DNA of 64,000 nucleotides from Eledone cirrhosa (taxonomy: Eukaryota): contig OZ024742.1 in the NCBI GenBank assembly GCA_964016885.1, forward strand, positions 333,188,001 to 333,252,000, in the 5' to 3' direction. Shown here in pieces: positions 31,939 through 47,482 of this stretch (positions are counted from its first letter, which is position 1; each line of letters begins with the position of its first letter). The translations under genes were made by a program, and so were the position numbers. Below the pieces are notes generated by a model. That model searched no databases, was not told the origin of the DNA, and saw only the letters and a list, made by a program, of their open reading frames with translations.

Positions 31939-32020
31939 GAAAAGAGTAAAGACCCGATGGCTGAGCTCCGGCCGTTTCGTCGGCTAGATTATAAATATAT
32001 GTTTATGCGGGTATGTATCA

Positions 32021-32137
<117 letters not shown>

Positions 32138-32565
32138 TACTGAGAGAAACAGAGAGAGAGAGTAAAAGAGAGAGAGAAGGTGACAGAGAGAGAGAGTGGA
32201 ATGCACGAGTGTGTATGTGTGTGTGTTTGTGTTTTTATATGTAATTGTCTTCGTTATAAGTGTTGAGTTATTGACAAACGTATGATTCCCTTGTTGAATG
32301 TCTCCTTCAGATCTAATACAGATATCCAACATACCTAAAAATCAGTATTATAAATATATACGATTAACCGATCAATAAGATATAGATTTATTGATGTAGA
32401 GATATGACGATAGACAAACGGGCAATTGGATTGCTAGATATACATTTTTTACTTTATATATATCTTCATAGAAAGCTAAAATTTACAAATATATTCTTTT
32501 TCTTGTCTCTACCACTACATTTCTCTGTATATATATATATATATATATATATACAAGCCAATAGG

Positions 32566-32601
<36 letters not shown>

Positions 32602-32816
32602 CCTATTGGTTTGTATATATGTATAGATGTGTATATGCATATATATACACATCTATACATATATACAAACCAATAGGAATAATATATATATATATATATA
32701 TATACGAATCAATTGGAATAACATTTCATTGATATGCCGCTGAAGAAAACGACAAATAGATATGTAATTAGCAAAATTGACTTTCAGAAGCATATACTAT
32801 TATATATATATTTATA

Positions 32817-32863
<47 letters not shown>

Positions 32864-33630
32864 GCGCGTGTGTGTGTTGTGTAAGTATGTATGAGTGAGT
32901 AATCGATACATTGATAGATAAATAAGCATAAACATATACATAGATAACAATGCAATCACTGACAAAATGAGCTCTAAATTGTGGAATAGAACATTTTTTC
33001 TCATGGAAGTTCTTATTGAACCTTCTAATTATGAAAATATCTATCTTAAATTTCTATGTTAAATTCATTTTTTTTGTCATTATCACATTAATCATTGACA
33101 CCCTTGTTATAGCTCTAACCTACATCCAGTCTGTGAGAAAACACTCAGTTAATTATATTTATTTTCATGGATTTGTCCAATCTCATTCTACTCTACGTTC
33201 AGCAATTCCCTTTAAACAGGCTTATGTTCGATTAGAGCCCAGCAATTGAAATGTGGTTGATGTGACCCATTTGTAAACCCCTCGCCTGTATCTAATACAC
33301 TTAATCCGTTACCTGTCCCTTGGCGGATTTTAGCGAAGTTTGTTGAAGATATCTGATCAAGTCTCTGGATTGATGATAACTTCCTTTCTCCTGCCACTAG
33401 TTTCGAAGTCTCCGGTTTACCGTAGTGTAAGAGGCTATTTCAACTCAGAACAACTGATAAACGTCTCTTTTTTGACATTTCATCAGATATAGGAGTTTAA
33501 ATGTGCAAAGTCACATTTAAACTGTTCATTCACACGAAATAATTGACGCAAATATATTTCGGACAACCTTTCGATGTAGACCATCATATCGAATAATATT
33601 TACATACCCACCACACACAAACACACACAA

Positions 33631-33765
<135 letters not shown>

Positions 33766-33912
33766 GAGAGAGATTTAAGCTCGTGTATCTGATGGTATCT
33801 CGAAAAGGGGTGGGGCCCCGTCACCATGATTGTAGATTTATCTAATCGATATCGAAACAATTGTAATATGTAAATAACATTTGACCATATGCTGCAATAC
33901 TGTCTTCGACTT

Positions 33913-33985
<73 letters not shown>

Positions 33986-34328
33986 ATCTCTCACTCTCTC
34001 TCTTTATATATATATATATATATATATTGTATTAAATAAAAATGACGTAGACATTACACCACAATATAATACAATGGGAGGAAACATAGTAGTACCACTG
34101 ATGATGTTACAGATGTGCAAACGAAAGAAGTTTGATAGACTATATATATATATTTATATGTGTATTTTTAACCGTTGGTCAATCAATGATTGCCAATAAA
34201 TTAGTATTACACATTGATTGCCAAATAAATTAACTATGGAGATATAAAATATACAGAACCGAAAACCAACCAAACAGTGTGTTCTGTTATTTTTTATGGC
34301 AATAATATTTCAACAATATGACCTTCCC

Positions 34329-34376
<48 letters not shown>

Positions 34377-34849
34377 GTATATATATGTATATATATGTAT
34401 ATGTATATATATAACGTGAAATTCCCAGATACTTAATTCGATTGGCATTGGTCAAATCAAGGGGGTAGTAGATATCTCAATGTCCAGCACATTGGGACTA
34501 AACCGAGAACCACGTGGTTCCAAGGCTGATTCATTAACCATACTCACATGCCCAAGCCTATCCATCAACATTCTAATTCCTTCACTTTTCTCTCTCTCAG
34601 TTTTTTGAATATTATCGTTATACCATTATTTTCTCTATCCCAATAAACTAACAATATGGTGACGTTCAGTCAATAATGGGTTATCGAACTCTTGCTTGTA
34701 ATTGACATCACCTAATCGAGACAAATCCAAAACTACTCGATCGTAATTATTGCAATAGTAATCTATACACTCTCTCAATTTTCCTTCCGTCCAGCTTCGT
34801 TTCTTTTACTCGATGTATAATATTCCACCATTTATTGTTATTGCAGGAT

Positions 34850-34960
34850 AAATGTATGTATATATATAGTATATATATATATATCTACATACATACAAAT
34901 ATATATATATATATATACATACAAATATATATATACTAATATACATATATATATAGACTA

Positions 34961-35037
<77 letters not shown>

Positions 35038-35172
35038 AATATATATATATATATACAAATATATATATATATACATATATACATATATACAAATATATAT
35101 ATATACATATATATATATATACAAATGTATATATATACAGATATATATATATATATATATACATATATACAA

Positions 35173-35205
<33 letters not shown>

Positions 35206-35220
35206 CAAATATATATATAT

Positions 35221-35287
<67 letters not shown>

Positions 35288-35411
35288 TATACATACATAC
35301 ATATACATAAATATAAATATATATACATACACGTATACATAAATATATACACATACATATATACATAAATATATACACATACATATATACATAAATATAT
35401 AATACATACAT

Positions 35412-35463
<52 letters not shown>

Positions 35464-35543
35464 CTACATACATACAAATATATATATATATATACATACA
35501 AATATATATATATATATACAAATATACATATATATATAGACTA

Positions 35544-35574
<31 letters not shown>

Positions 35575-35597
35575 CAAATATATATATATATATATAT

Positions 35598-35644
<47 letters not shown>

Positions 35645-35648
35645 AATA

Positions 35649-35702
<54 letters not shown>

Positions 35703-35737
35703 CAAATATATATATATATACAAATATATATATATAT

Positions 35738-35778
<41 letters not shown>

Positions 35779-35888
35779 CATACATACATATGCATAAATA
35801 TAAATATATATACATACACATATACATAAATATATACACATACATATATACATAAATATATACACATACATATATACATAAATATATA

Positions 35889-35923
<35 letters not shown>

Positions 35924-35928
35924 CTATA

Positions 35929-36001
<73 letters not shown>

Positions 36002-36012
36002 ATATATATATA
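34850..36012. repeat. Large interrupted (TA)n block with an internal tandem duplication
   Basis: The markers ctacatacatacaaat, gactaacac and ataatacatacatac each occur twice. Confidence 0.9.
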
Positions 36013-36574
36013 TCAAAATGATTCAGGCAATTATTGGTGGTGGTACCGATATGTGCACCCGAGGCAGAGTGTAGGCCTATAAATATATCGCATATATAAA
36101 TATGCATATAAACTAAAATGCGTACACATATATATACACACGGTTGTACATATAATATATATACATTAGTGAGTACTGAATAAGAGTGTCACAGTACTTT
36201 AGGGCAATGTTGTGAAAGAAATAAAAAGCTTCAGAAAATACACTGATAGATTATCGATCTATCAATTATTGATAGTAGAGCTGTAACAGATAGCTTTCTT
36301 CTACTACATTCCTTATAATGTTCCTCTTAGTGCTATACATTTAGTATCTTAATATTGTTGCTCTTTATGTTATTATCATTATTATTATTGTTATTATTAT
36401 TACAATCTTTTTTGTAGTCGAAGTGGTAGTAGTAGTATTAACGGTGTTGGTGATGGTAGTAGTAGTAGTAATATTATCACTCCAATTACAAGATTGATTC
36501 ATTTTCCTGTAAAACGGATGCAAACATACATACACACATAAACACTCTCTATCGCACACAAACACAACACACCC

Positions 36575-38065
<1,491 letters not shown>

Positions 38066-38596
38066 CCCTGATTCGCATCGAATTGCATTGCTTCAGTGCT
38101 CTTCTATTGCTAGCTTTCTTATATTACAGAGTGAACTTTTATTATAATTTTTTTCAAAGCGAGACCTGCCGTCCAAAATGGCGTTATACTCTGAAACAAA
38201 AGACGTGTTTGAAAAAAGTAAAATAATATAAATTTGAAACTGTAAATAATGAAATATTTCGACCATTAATCATCCGTTTTTTTGTGAATAACTGACAGGG
38301 AGAAAATGTGCATGAAAGACATTTTGCTTTAATCACCATTCCATATCAAATATATTATTTCGTTTTTTTTTCTACATTTTAATTAGCATATTCTTTTATC
38401 ATCTCTTTCTTTTTTGTTCATTGTGTGACTTAGAAATTCTACAAAATAGGCGATAAATGTTTTGAAATCTAAAAGATACAATTTGATATTCTTTTATCTT
38501 TCGTCCTTTATATATTCGTTTTTTATTGAAATGTCGAAAAACTATTTCATTCCAGTATGTTCTATATATATATATACACATACATTCACACACACA

Positions 38597-38712
<116 letters not shown>

Positions 38713-39083
38713 ACACACACACACATATGCACACATATATATATATATATATATGTGTATATATATATATTCAAAGTTGGCTAACAATAATACTTGCTTG
38801 TCTCCTCTACCATTTTACTTCATCACTCCCATCTGTCTTCTTTTTTTTCACTTTCTTAAACATCAAATCCTCTTTCTCCCTTCATCTTGCAAGTTGGGAC
38901 TTGCGTCAGAAACGTTAGTACATTTTTCCATCTATCTGATGTCATAAATTAATATACCATAATTGTATTGCATTGTTGGTGTGGTTTTCCTTCATAATAT
39001 ATATATATATATATGTATACATGGGGTGGTGGGATTTGTGTGTGTCTATACATACATATATATATGCCTCTGTGTGTGTCTGT

Positions 39084-39230
<147 letters not shown>

Positions 39231-39386
39231 GTGGTTCTCACAATTGTCTGAAATTTTATCTTTGAAACAATATACTTTTATAAATCAATTATTTTGTATG
39301 AAATATTAAATATGTCAATTTCTAAGAAATGTGATAATTTTATTTTTCTTCGCTATTCTTACTCTAATGTTTTTTTTCTTTTACAG

Positions 39387-40011
39387 GAGTCTAATGCCGA
39401 GGTCAGAAGAAGGCCAATTGACCATCGAGAAAACACCCAGTTATTTTATAACGAAAGAGGTTCCAAGAAGAGTGTACCAGTTCTCCAAACACCTCAAGCT
39501 GATTGTGGTAGTTAGAGATCCCGTGACACGGGCTATATCTGATTACACACAGATTGCCAGCAAGAAGATGGATTCCCGCAGCTTTGAGGAATTGGTGTTT
39601 GTTAATAACACTACCCGTATTGTCGACACACAGTGGAGTCCTGTCCGGATAGGAGTCTACGCTAAACATTTGAAACATTGGCTTCAGTATTTCCCACTGG
39701 AACAAATGCATTTTGTCAGTGGTGAACGTCTTATAGAAAATCCTGCTGATGAAATGTTGAAAGTGCAACAGTTTTTGGGGCTTAGGCCTGTTATAAACCA
39801 AGAACATTTTTACCTGAAATCCAGGAAAGGGTTTCCTTGTATCCTCAAACCTAACAGACAGAAAGGTAGTCACCCTCACTGTTTAGGTGAAACTAAGGGA
39901 CGTATTCACCCTTTGATTGACCCTTCAGTGATACGGAGGCTCAGGGATTTTTATAAGCCCTTTAATATAAAGTTTTATCGCATGGTTAATCAAGATTTTG
40001 GGTGGGTATGA
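39387..40011 (+). CDS. HS3ST: Terminal coding exon of heparan sulfate glucosamine 3-O-sulfotransferase (HS3ST3/HS3ST6/Hs3st-B-like)
   Basis: The acceptor tttttttcttttacag|G precedes SLMP...EKTPSYF...[19 protein letters not shown]...GVYAKHL..WL.YFPL.Q.HFVSGE.LI...KGFPC...PHCLG.TKGR.HP, which ends in TGA. The phase-2 split after the Arg of WYR matches the usual two-exon structure of this family. Confidence 0.95.
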
Positions 40012-40088
40012 TAGTAATAATCTTTTTATTTCAACCTTTGTATAAACAGAAGCTTAACGTATTAAACCAATATATAGGAAAACAAACA

Positions 40089-40318
40089 AATAAAAAACCA
40101 ATGATTAAACACAAACACAATATTATACAATAACATCTGAAAACATGTATTAGACAAAACTATTGACTTGATCGAACAGTGTGTTGGATTAATTAATATA
40201 ATTTTAAGGTGCTTTAAGATTAAGTAATTAATAAGAATAATGCATAAATAATACTAAGAATAACAATAAAATTTTGCGAACATAATAATTCAACTTTATT
40301 TCTGATGTTTGAAATAAA
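40089..40318 (+). promoter_or_regulatory. Candidate polyadenylation signals for HS3ST
   Basis: AATAAA at 40089, 40265 and 40313, followed by T/GT-rich sequence. The AT-rich context makes chance matches likely. Confidence 0.3.
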
Positions 40319-40509
40319 AGAGAAATTATCTTTACAGGGTTTCATTTTTATTTCAAAGTTTATTGTTCTTGTTATTTCTATTATTATTAAATGTCTTGTA
40401 TTTTGTGATGCTTTATTACTAAGAAGTCATAGAGATGCCAGTTGATAAAGGGATAAATATGATACAAATAACGGTTGAAGATCTGAATATGTTTATAATG
40501 ATAATAATA

Positions 40510-40682
40510 ATTTCTACTTTAGGCACAAGGCCAGCATTACTGTTGCTTTATTTTATCGACCCCGTAAAGATGAAAGGCAAATGTAACCTCGGCGGGATTT
40601 GAACTGATGACCTAAAGGGCCATAACACTATGCTACAACGCATAGTGTCTGACGCACTACCGATACTGCCAATCCACCACCT
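40510..40682 (-). mobile_element. SINE family S1 copy
   Basis: ggcacaaggccagc...ttttatcgaccccgtaaagatgaaaggcaaa...cctcggcgggatttgaact. Confidence 0.8.
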
Positions 40683-40889
40683 TTTATAATGATATTAATG
40701 TAGATTTAAATTATTAGATTTACGCTGCTTTGCTGGGTTGCGTGCAGGATCATGTCTTCTTATATTTAAGAGGCTTGCGTGAGAATAGTCTTTTCCAGTT
40801 AGTGCACCGCATGAGATTTGCTTTATTATTGGAGTTAAGGTGTGTCACTTGTGTTATTTTAAATGTTTGCCTTATATCAGGCAGATAAT

Positions 40890-41030
40890 AGGCAGAGTCA
40901 TTAGAATATCGGAGAGAATGCATTGCAGGATTTCTTCCGTCCCTCTGCACTCTGAGTTCAAATCCCTCTAAGGTTAGATTTACCTTTCATCCATTCGAGA
41001 TCGACGAAAAAAGTACCAGTATAGTACTGG
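40890..41030 (+). mobile_element. SINE family S1 copy
   Basis: ctctgagttcaaatccc...cctttcatccattcgagatcgacgaaaaaagtaccagt. Confidence 0.68.
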
Positions 41031-41308
41031 CGTTGATTCTTCATGTGTATCTATCTCTCACCTCCATTCTCTCACTCTCTATTTTTATCTGGAATAAAAC
41101 TGCTGTATTCAGAACTGTAGAAGAGATAGGTTTCGCCAGATCAACAACATGTCCTAGAAACGCCGCATGGCTCTACACCCCCTACGAAATTACGAGACGA
41201 TGCATACTTTTGTATACTATGTGTGTATAGTGTGAGTTGTGTACCATTTGAGCACAGCTATTGAACCGACAATAATATGCATCATATGTGGGCCATTTCT
41301 ACTACTAT

Positions 41309-41357
<49 letters not shown>

Positions 41358-41359
41358 GA

Positions 41360-41397
<38 letters not shown>

Positions 41398-41450
41398 TTA
41401 CTGCTGATGTTTCTGCTGCTGCTGCTACTTCTAATACTACTACTGCTACT

Positions 41451-44400
41451 CTTTCTTGTCTTGGTTGTCCATCATAAACGATGATGACATCTTTATTTTA
41501 GTTCCCGTCTGACATGGGCACGAAGGTGACTGTGGAGGCCGATCCTTGACTTGCAGGTCCGGGGACAGTGGGGGCAGGGGAAGAGACCGGAGTCGCTTGG
41601 GGCAGCTGCTGATGCCTTTCTCCTCTTTTCACTGGCTTCAGTAACCTCTGCCCGTCTCTTTTCAAAAGAGTCTTTGGCGCATCTGGTAAGAGCTCGCCAC
41701 TCAGTCCTATCCTGAGCATGAGACTCGAGTTGTTCTGGCGCGATTCCAGTGTTGTTGATACTGGACTTCACGCAGTCTTTCAACATCTTGAGAGGCCTAC
41801 CCAGCTTTCGTTTCCCCGAACAGAGTTCCCCATACATCAGTTGCTTCGGAGGCCTGTGATCGTCCATCCGGATGACATGTCCCACCCATCGAAGTTGGCT
41901 CTTCAGTATCATAGCTTCGACACTGGTTGTCTCAGCCATGTCAAGAACTTCGATGTTGGATACCTTAACCTGCCATTTGATGTTCATGCATGACCGCAGG
42001 CTGCGCATGTGGAACCATTGCAGCTGCTTCAGGTGCTTTCTGTACAGAGTCCATGTCTCACATGCGTAGAGGAGGATGGTGAGGACAACGGCCCTGTACA
42101 CCTTGAGCTTGGTGGACTACCTGATGATGTGCTGATTCAGGACGCGTGTCCTCAGGCGGCCGAGGGCTTGACTGGCCTTACAGATTCTGGCGTTTATCTC
42201 CTTGTCGAGGCTTCCATCGTTGCTGATGACACTGCCGAGGTACTTCAAGTCGTCCACCGTCTTTAGCTGGGTGCCTCCGATGGAGATGGAAGGAGGGTGG
42301 GCGACGGAGGCAGGTGCAGGCTGGAAGAGGACCTCAGTCTTGCCAAGGCTAATTGTGAGACCGAAGAGGCCTCTGCGAACTTGTTGACGATGAGTGGAGG
42401 TCAGACTCCCTGTGGGCCATGAGGGCAGTCGTCAACAAAAAGTGCCTCCAGGACGATCCTCTGCACGGTCCTTGTCTGGGCCGTCAGGCACTGCAGGTCA
42501 AACAGGAAGACGTCCAGTCAGTATCACAAATACACTCCGTGCTCGAGGTCCCTGACGGCATGATTGAGCACGCAGGTGAAGAACAGGCTGAAGATGACAG
42601 GAGCCAGCACGCATCCTTGCTTGACGCTTTTGGTGATTCCGAAAGGCTCCGATGCCTCTCCGACCGAGCGCACCTGCCCGGTCATGTCGTCATGGAATTG
42701 CCGTATGAGGTTCACAAACTTTGTCGGGCATCCGAACTTCGACAAGATTGATCAGAGGGCTTCCCTGTTGACAGTGTCGAATGCCTTCGTCAAGTCTATG
42801 AAAACGGCAAAGAGGTCCATGTTCGGCTCGACACACTTCTCCTGCACCTGGCGTACAGAGAACATCATGTCCTTCGTGCTGCGGTTTGGGAGGAACATAC
42901 ACTGGGCCTCAGGCAGGTTGTCCTCTGAGATGTTGGCAATGAGGCGGTTGGGCATGACCCGAGCCAGGAACTTCCCAGCGATGGACAGGTAAGAAATGCC
43001 CCGATTATTCTTAAAAAGCTAGACAACTGTAGCATCCCTGAAGTATTTGGGCACCACTTCTTCCTCCCATATGCTGACGAGGAGGGTGTGGAAGCCCCCA
43101 GGGGAGCTGGACCGACCAGCTTGAAGATCTCGGCGGGAATCCCGTCCTTCCCAGGGACCTTTACTGAGCTGGTCTGGTTGATTACCTTCGTGACTTCATC
43201 CAACATAGGGGGGGGGGGGTCGAGACTGGCGACTACGGGTTTATGTGGGACCTGGTCGAGGGCGGCAGGGTCGACAGTGGAGGGTCTGTTGAGCAGTTTG
43301 CTGAAGTGCTCTCTCCACCTCGAGTTGATGCTGCTCTTCTCCTTCAGCAGGATCGAGCCGTCAGCAGACAGCAGCGGTGTGGTGACAGGCTTGAGTTGTC
43401 CGTAGACGTCCCCGATGGCGCTGAAGACGATCTTGGAGTTTTTTGTGTCAGCGTATCTCTCGACCTCTTCGGCCTTCTTTTCCCACCACTTGGCCTGCAT
43501 TCTGCGTGGAGCTGCTTGGGTCTGCCTCTGGAGGTGCTTGAAGCGGTCGCGCTTCGAGCTGGAGGAGCTGTCATTCTTCCACTCAATGAAATTCCTCCAC
43601 TTCTCGTCTGGAATTGTCTGATGCGCTCATCGTTTTCGTCAAACCAGTCCTGGTGGACTCTCTTCTTCGGTCTGATGGTTGCCTTGTCTGACTCTGTCAC
43701 CAGCGACCTGAACTGGTCTCACTGTTGAGTTGGGGGTCCGGTTAGTGGTCCATGAGCAGTCACTCGGCCGTCCAGCACTTCCGCCAACGCATCACGATGC
43801 TCTGGCCGCTTGAATCGAGCGACGTGGAAAGTTGGCCTACATACTTTCTGAGCCTTGCGATGCGTCGGGGTGATATGCAGTGACAGGATGTTCCTGACAA
43901 GGCGATGGTCAGCCCAACACTCTTCTCCACGCATGATCTTGGTGATTCTGACGTCACGGATGTCCCTCCTGCGGCATATAGCAAAGTCAATCAGATGCCA
44001 CTCTTTGGATCTGGGGTGCATCCATGTCATCTTGAACTTGTCTTCCTGGCGTAACAGTGTGCTGGTGATGGTGAGATCGTCCTCGGCGAAGAAACTCAAC
44101 AGTATAAGGCCGTTAGAGTTCAACTTCCCTGTGCCATGAGGTCCCAGCATGCCTCTCCAGTTGCTGCAACAGACCCAAATCGTGCGTTGATGTCCCCCAG
44201 TAGGATGAGTTTATCGCTTGGAGGGACACCCTTCACGTTAGAGTTCCCCGTAGAAAGTGTCCTTTTTCTTCATCGCTGCTGGTGAGAATGGGGGCTGATG
44301 ACTGTGACATGCCGAGATGGGCCGAGGGTAAGGGGAGCTTCATCAGCCGCTCATTTACAGGTGTTGGGAGGTCTGATAGCTGCTTGCAGAGTGAAGTCCT

Positions 44401-45420
44401 GATGGTCGGGCCTACCCCGTGGATTCTGTACTTGTCCTTTGCATTGCCCTTCCAGAAGAAGGTGTAGCCTCCTTTCGGTTCTGCCACTGATCTTTCTTCG
44501 GCAAGTCTAGTCTCACTGAGGGCGGTTATGTCAATCCGGTAGCGAGCTAATTCCCTTGCTATGAGGGCAGTTCTTTTCTCTGGCCTCAAGAAGGTTTCCC
44601 TATCCATGGGGGTGCGCACATTCTATGTGCCAAGAATCAAGTTCTTTCTATTATGTTGGTTTCGACCGCTTGCAAGGGTAAAACCGCCAGCCGCGGTAGA
44701 CTTTGTTTGGGACGAGCATTTGGTTATGGCTCCTTTTACCCCCCCCCCCCGTGCGAGGGTGAGCAGGACTCCCCGGAAAGTGGATGCTCAGTCGCACGGT
44801 GGAATGCATGATCTCTGTGATCCCAGGGTCAGGCGGAGAACAACTTGCGCATCCAGGCCATCAATGTGTGGGTTTGAGACTGGCAACTCCCAGAAGTTTC
44901 CTTCACCTGTTACCTCCGCCACTCGCCCATCGCCGCAGGGCTTTGGGTGTGCACGCTAAAGAAGAAACCTGTGCGGGAAAGGTTTATAGTGGGAGGGCTA
45001 GTGCACAGTGACGCACCCACTCACTCGACCGCAGATTCCAAAATCCGGTGGTATGGAGGACCGTCACATCCAGGAACTTCCTTAGCTGCAGTGGATAACC
45101 ACGACGTCTGTAGTGCCTTTCCGTGCCCTAGTGCTCCACACGGCTTGCTGTCACCGCCTTTGTGATTGTTGGGACGATGTCGTCCTCCTACACTCACTCC
45201 GCCGAGTCCAGTCTTCGAATGCAGGGGCAGGCATCCCCTATGTAACTCACCGGGGAGGTTCAGACTCGCCTGGCTACCTTCAACCTGGTTTGGCCCGCCA
45301 GCCAAGGCTGTTTACCAGGGTGTGGCCGCTGCTGCATTCTACAGCTTGTTGGGGCCACAGGTGAGAGCTGAGAGTCAGGTGGAGCCAATGCAGGATGAGC
45401 TGTCCTGAAAGGGCATGGCT
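41451..45420 (-). mobile_element. Near full-length RTE-clade LINE (APE + RT), frameshifted, GC-rich
   Basis: APE motifs ELARYRIDITALSETRL, GYTFFWKG and TWMHPRSKEWHLID. RT motifs PGKDGIPAE, FIDLTKAFDTV and VKQGCVLAP, then LRWVGHVIRM and a terminal C2H2 finger CPHCPRTC...HLRAH. It has a ~750-bp 5' UTR, and its 3' end abuts (CTA)n. Confidence 0.95.
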
Positions 45421-45505
45421 AGACCCCCCCCCCCCCCCTACAGAGATACATGCCCCTCCCTGACACCCCAGGCATATACACACGTATATACATACACATT
45501 CATAT

Positions 45506-46534
45506 TGTTGTATTCCTCTCGGTACTCGCAGAGAAAACACAACGAGTTATATCAAATAATTTGTGTAATTTGCGAAACAAACAAAACGCCCCTCCTCGCA
45601 GTAGCAGAATAACATAAAGTAAGTAAGTAGCATCTGTGACCGAGTTTTTAATACCAACGCTGACTGACTGCCCAGGTCACGTGATTCATATGCAAATGTA
45701 TGAGCACGTGTAAATTGAATAGAAATTTAACAGTCCATACAACAATGAGGTTGTGAGTTCGATTCCCAGTCCATACAACACCTCCCCACCGAAATTGATG
45801 CGACAAAAGAAGCATCAACAGCAAAGTCTCTCTGGGGGTTTACGAGTTCTCTTGGACCGTCTGATTAGTCAGGAATACTTGTGCCATGCGTTGCTCGGGT
45901 ACAGCGTTAGCAGCCACAAACGTGCAGAATCTTGACCAGTAATCAGGCCATAGTTCTGTTGTTGAATCAAAAGCAGCAAATGGTGGGATGAATGCTGTTG
46001 GTGTCGAAGCAACAGGCGACGCCAATAAACTCTGTTGTTCAGAATCTCGATCACGAAACAGTTTTATCAGAGTGTCCATATCTTTCTTGTGTTGTTGCAT
46101 TTGTTGCGACGCCAATAAACTCTGTTGTTCCATCTAAACAACTTTATTAGCTCTGCTGTTTGTTGTTCCGCCATGTTTTTGTGATAAACAATTTCCCGGC
46201 ATTGTAGGTAAATCCTATCGGCAATGTAGGTAAATCCTATCGTCGACGCCAATAAACTCTGTTGTATTCCTCTCGGTACTCGCAGAGAAAACACAACGAG
46301 TTATATCAAATAATTTGTGTAATTTGCGAAACAAACAAAACGCCCCTCCTCGCAGTAGCAGAATAACATAAAGTAACTAAGTAGCAGTCTGTGACCGAGT
46401 TTTTTATACCAACGCTGACTGACTGCCCAGTTCACATGATTCATATGCAAATGTGTGAGCACGTGTAAATTGAATAGAAATGTAACAGTCCATACAACAA
46501 TGAGGTTGTGAGTTCGATCCCAGTCCATACAACA
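45506..46534 (-). mobile_element. Miniature non-autonomous Gypsy-type LTR element (TRIM-like)
   Basis: 275-bp LTRs at 45506-45780 and 46260-46534 with TGTTGTA...TACAACA ends and TSD CATAT (45501-05, 46535-39). On the minus strand there is a PBS-like TGGCGTCGACGA and a purine tract ggtggggagg. The 479-bp interior encodes a gag N-terminus (FAAFDSTTELWPDYWSRFCTFVAANAVP...VFLTNQ). Confidence 0.93.
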
Positions 46535-47299
46535 CATATGTACATGTGTATATACATATTTACACATGTTTGGAAGGCAGTTGACTCTTATCAGTTCTTC
46601 CGCCCTTTGTTAGGTTTTGTTTTTTGTCCTGCAAGGTTTCCAAAATCACCCTCCACACCAAATAAGCTTGGTCGGGTTGCCAGTTTTAGTCGCCGACGAC
46701 TCGACCATGCGACAGGTTGTACTGGTTTACACGTTACCAGTAGCACTCAAGTGCCCTGACAACTACTGCTACTACTGCAATAATAACAACCCGTGTTCTA
46801 AAGAGAAAAAGCATCATCTTTTCCCTGCCATGCTCTATTCATAAGAATTCTAACGACTCCCATATTAATGTCTATATTTTCACTGTTTACTTCCACATTT
46901 TTCATGACATTTCTCAAGGCTTAATTCGCAAGTGGCAGGATCAGGGTCTTGTCAAATACTTTATTCACAATGTGAATTATATTTGTCATCACCACACATC
47001 GATAATGTTGGATTTCTTTACACTAAAACACTACTGAAAATCTCACATATTTCTGCAACACATTTTCCAAGAAATCTCCTGCAAACCTGTTACTTCAACC
47101 TTGCACTAGAAAAAAAGATACGGTTTGTAAATATTTGATATAATTTCTGTTTCTTAGAACATTTCACTTCAAAATGGCATCTCAACAAGGTAACTCCCAA
47201 CAATATAAACCTATATTATCATAACTATGCAGATAACACTCAAGCGATCATGAAATAAAAGGAGAGAAAGTTTAATTTCGTAGACTTTTCCTATAATAA

Positions 47300-47482
47300 T
47301 AGTTTCTACTTTTGGCACAAAGCCAGCAAATACCCAGTGCATTACTGGTACTTTATTTTATCAACCCTGTAAGGATGAAAGAGACAGTTAACCTCGGCGG
47401 GACTTAAACTCAGAATGGCAAAGGCCGTAACTCTATGCGTCAAAGCATGGTGTCCGACCCTATACCGATACTGCCAATCCAC
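47300..47482 (-). mobile_element. SINE family S1 copy
   Basis: Very similar to 53034-53207 and 62735-62900. Confidence 0.8.

Noticed and set aside
39331-39386. N-terminal part of the 226-aa ORF
   Set aside because: This is the intronic polypyrimidine tract; homology starts after the AG at 39386.
46575-46760. GC-richer patch resembling a LINE 5' UTR (minus strand)
   Set aside because: Too short and unmatched within the window to call.
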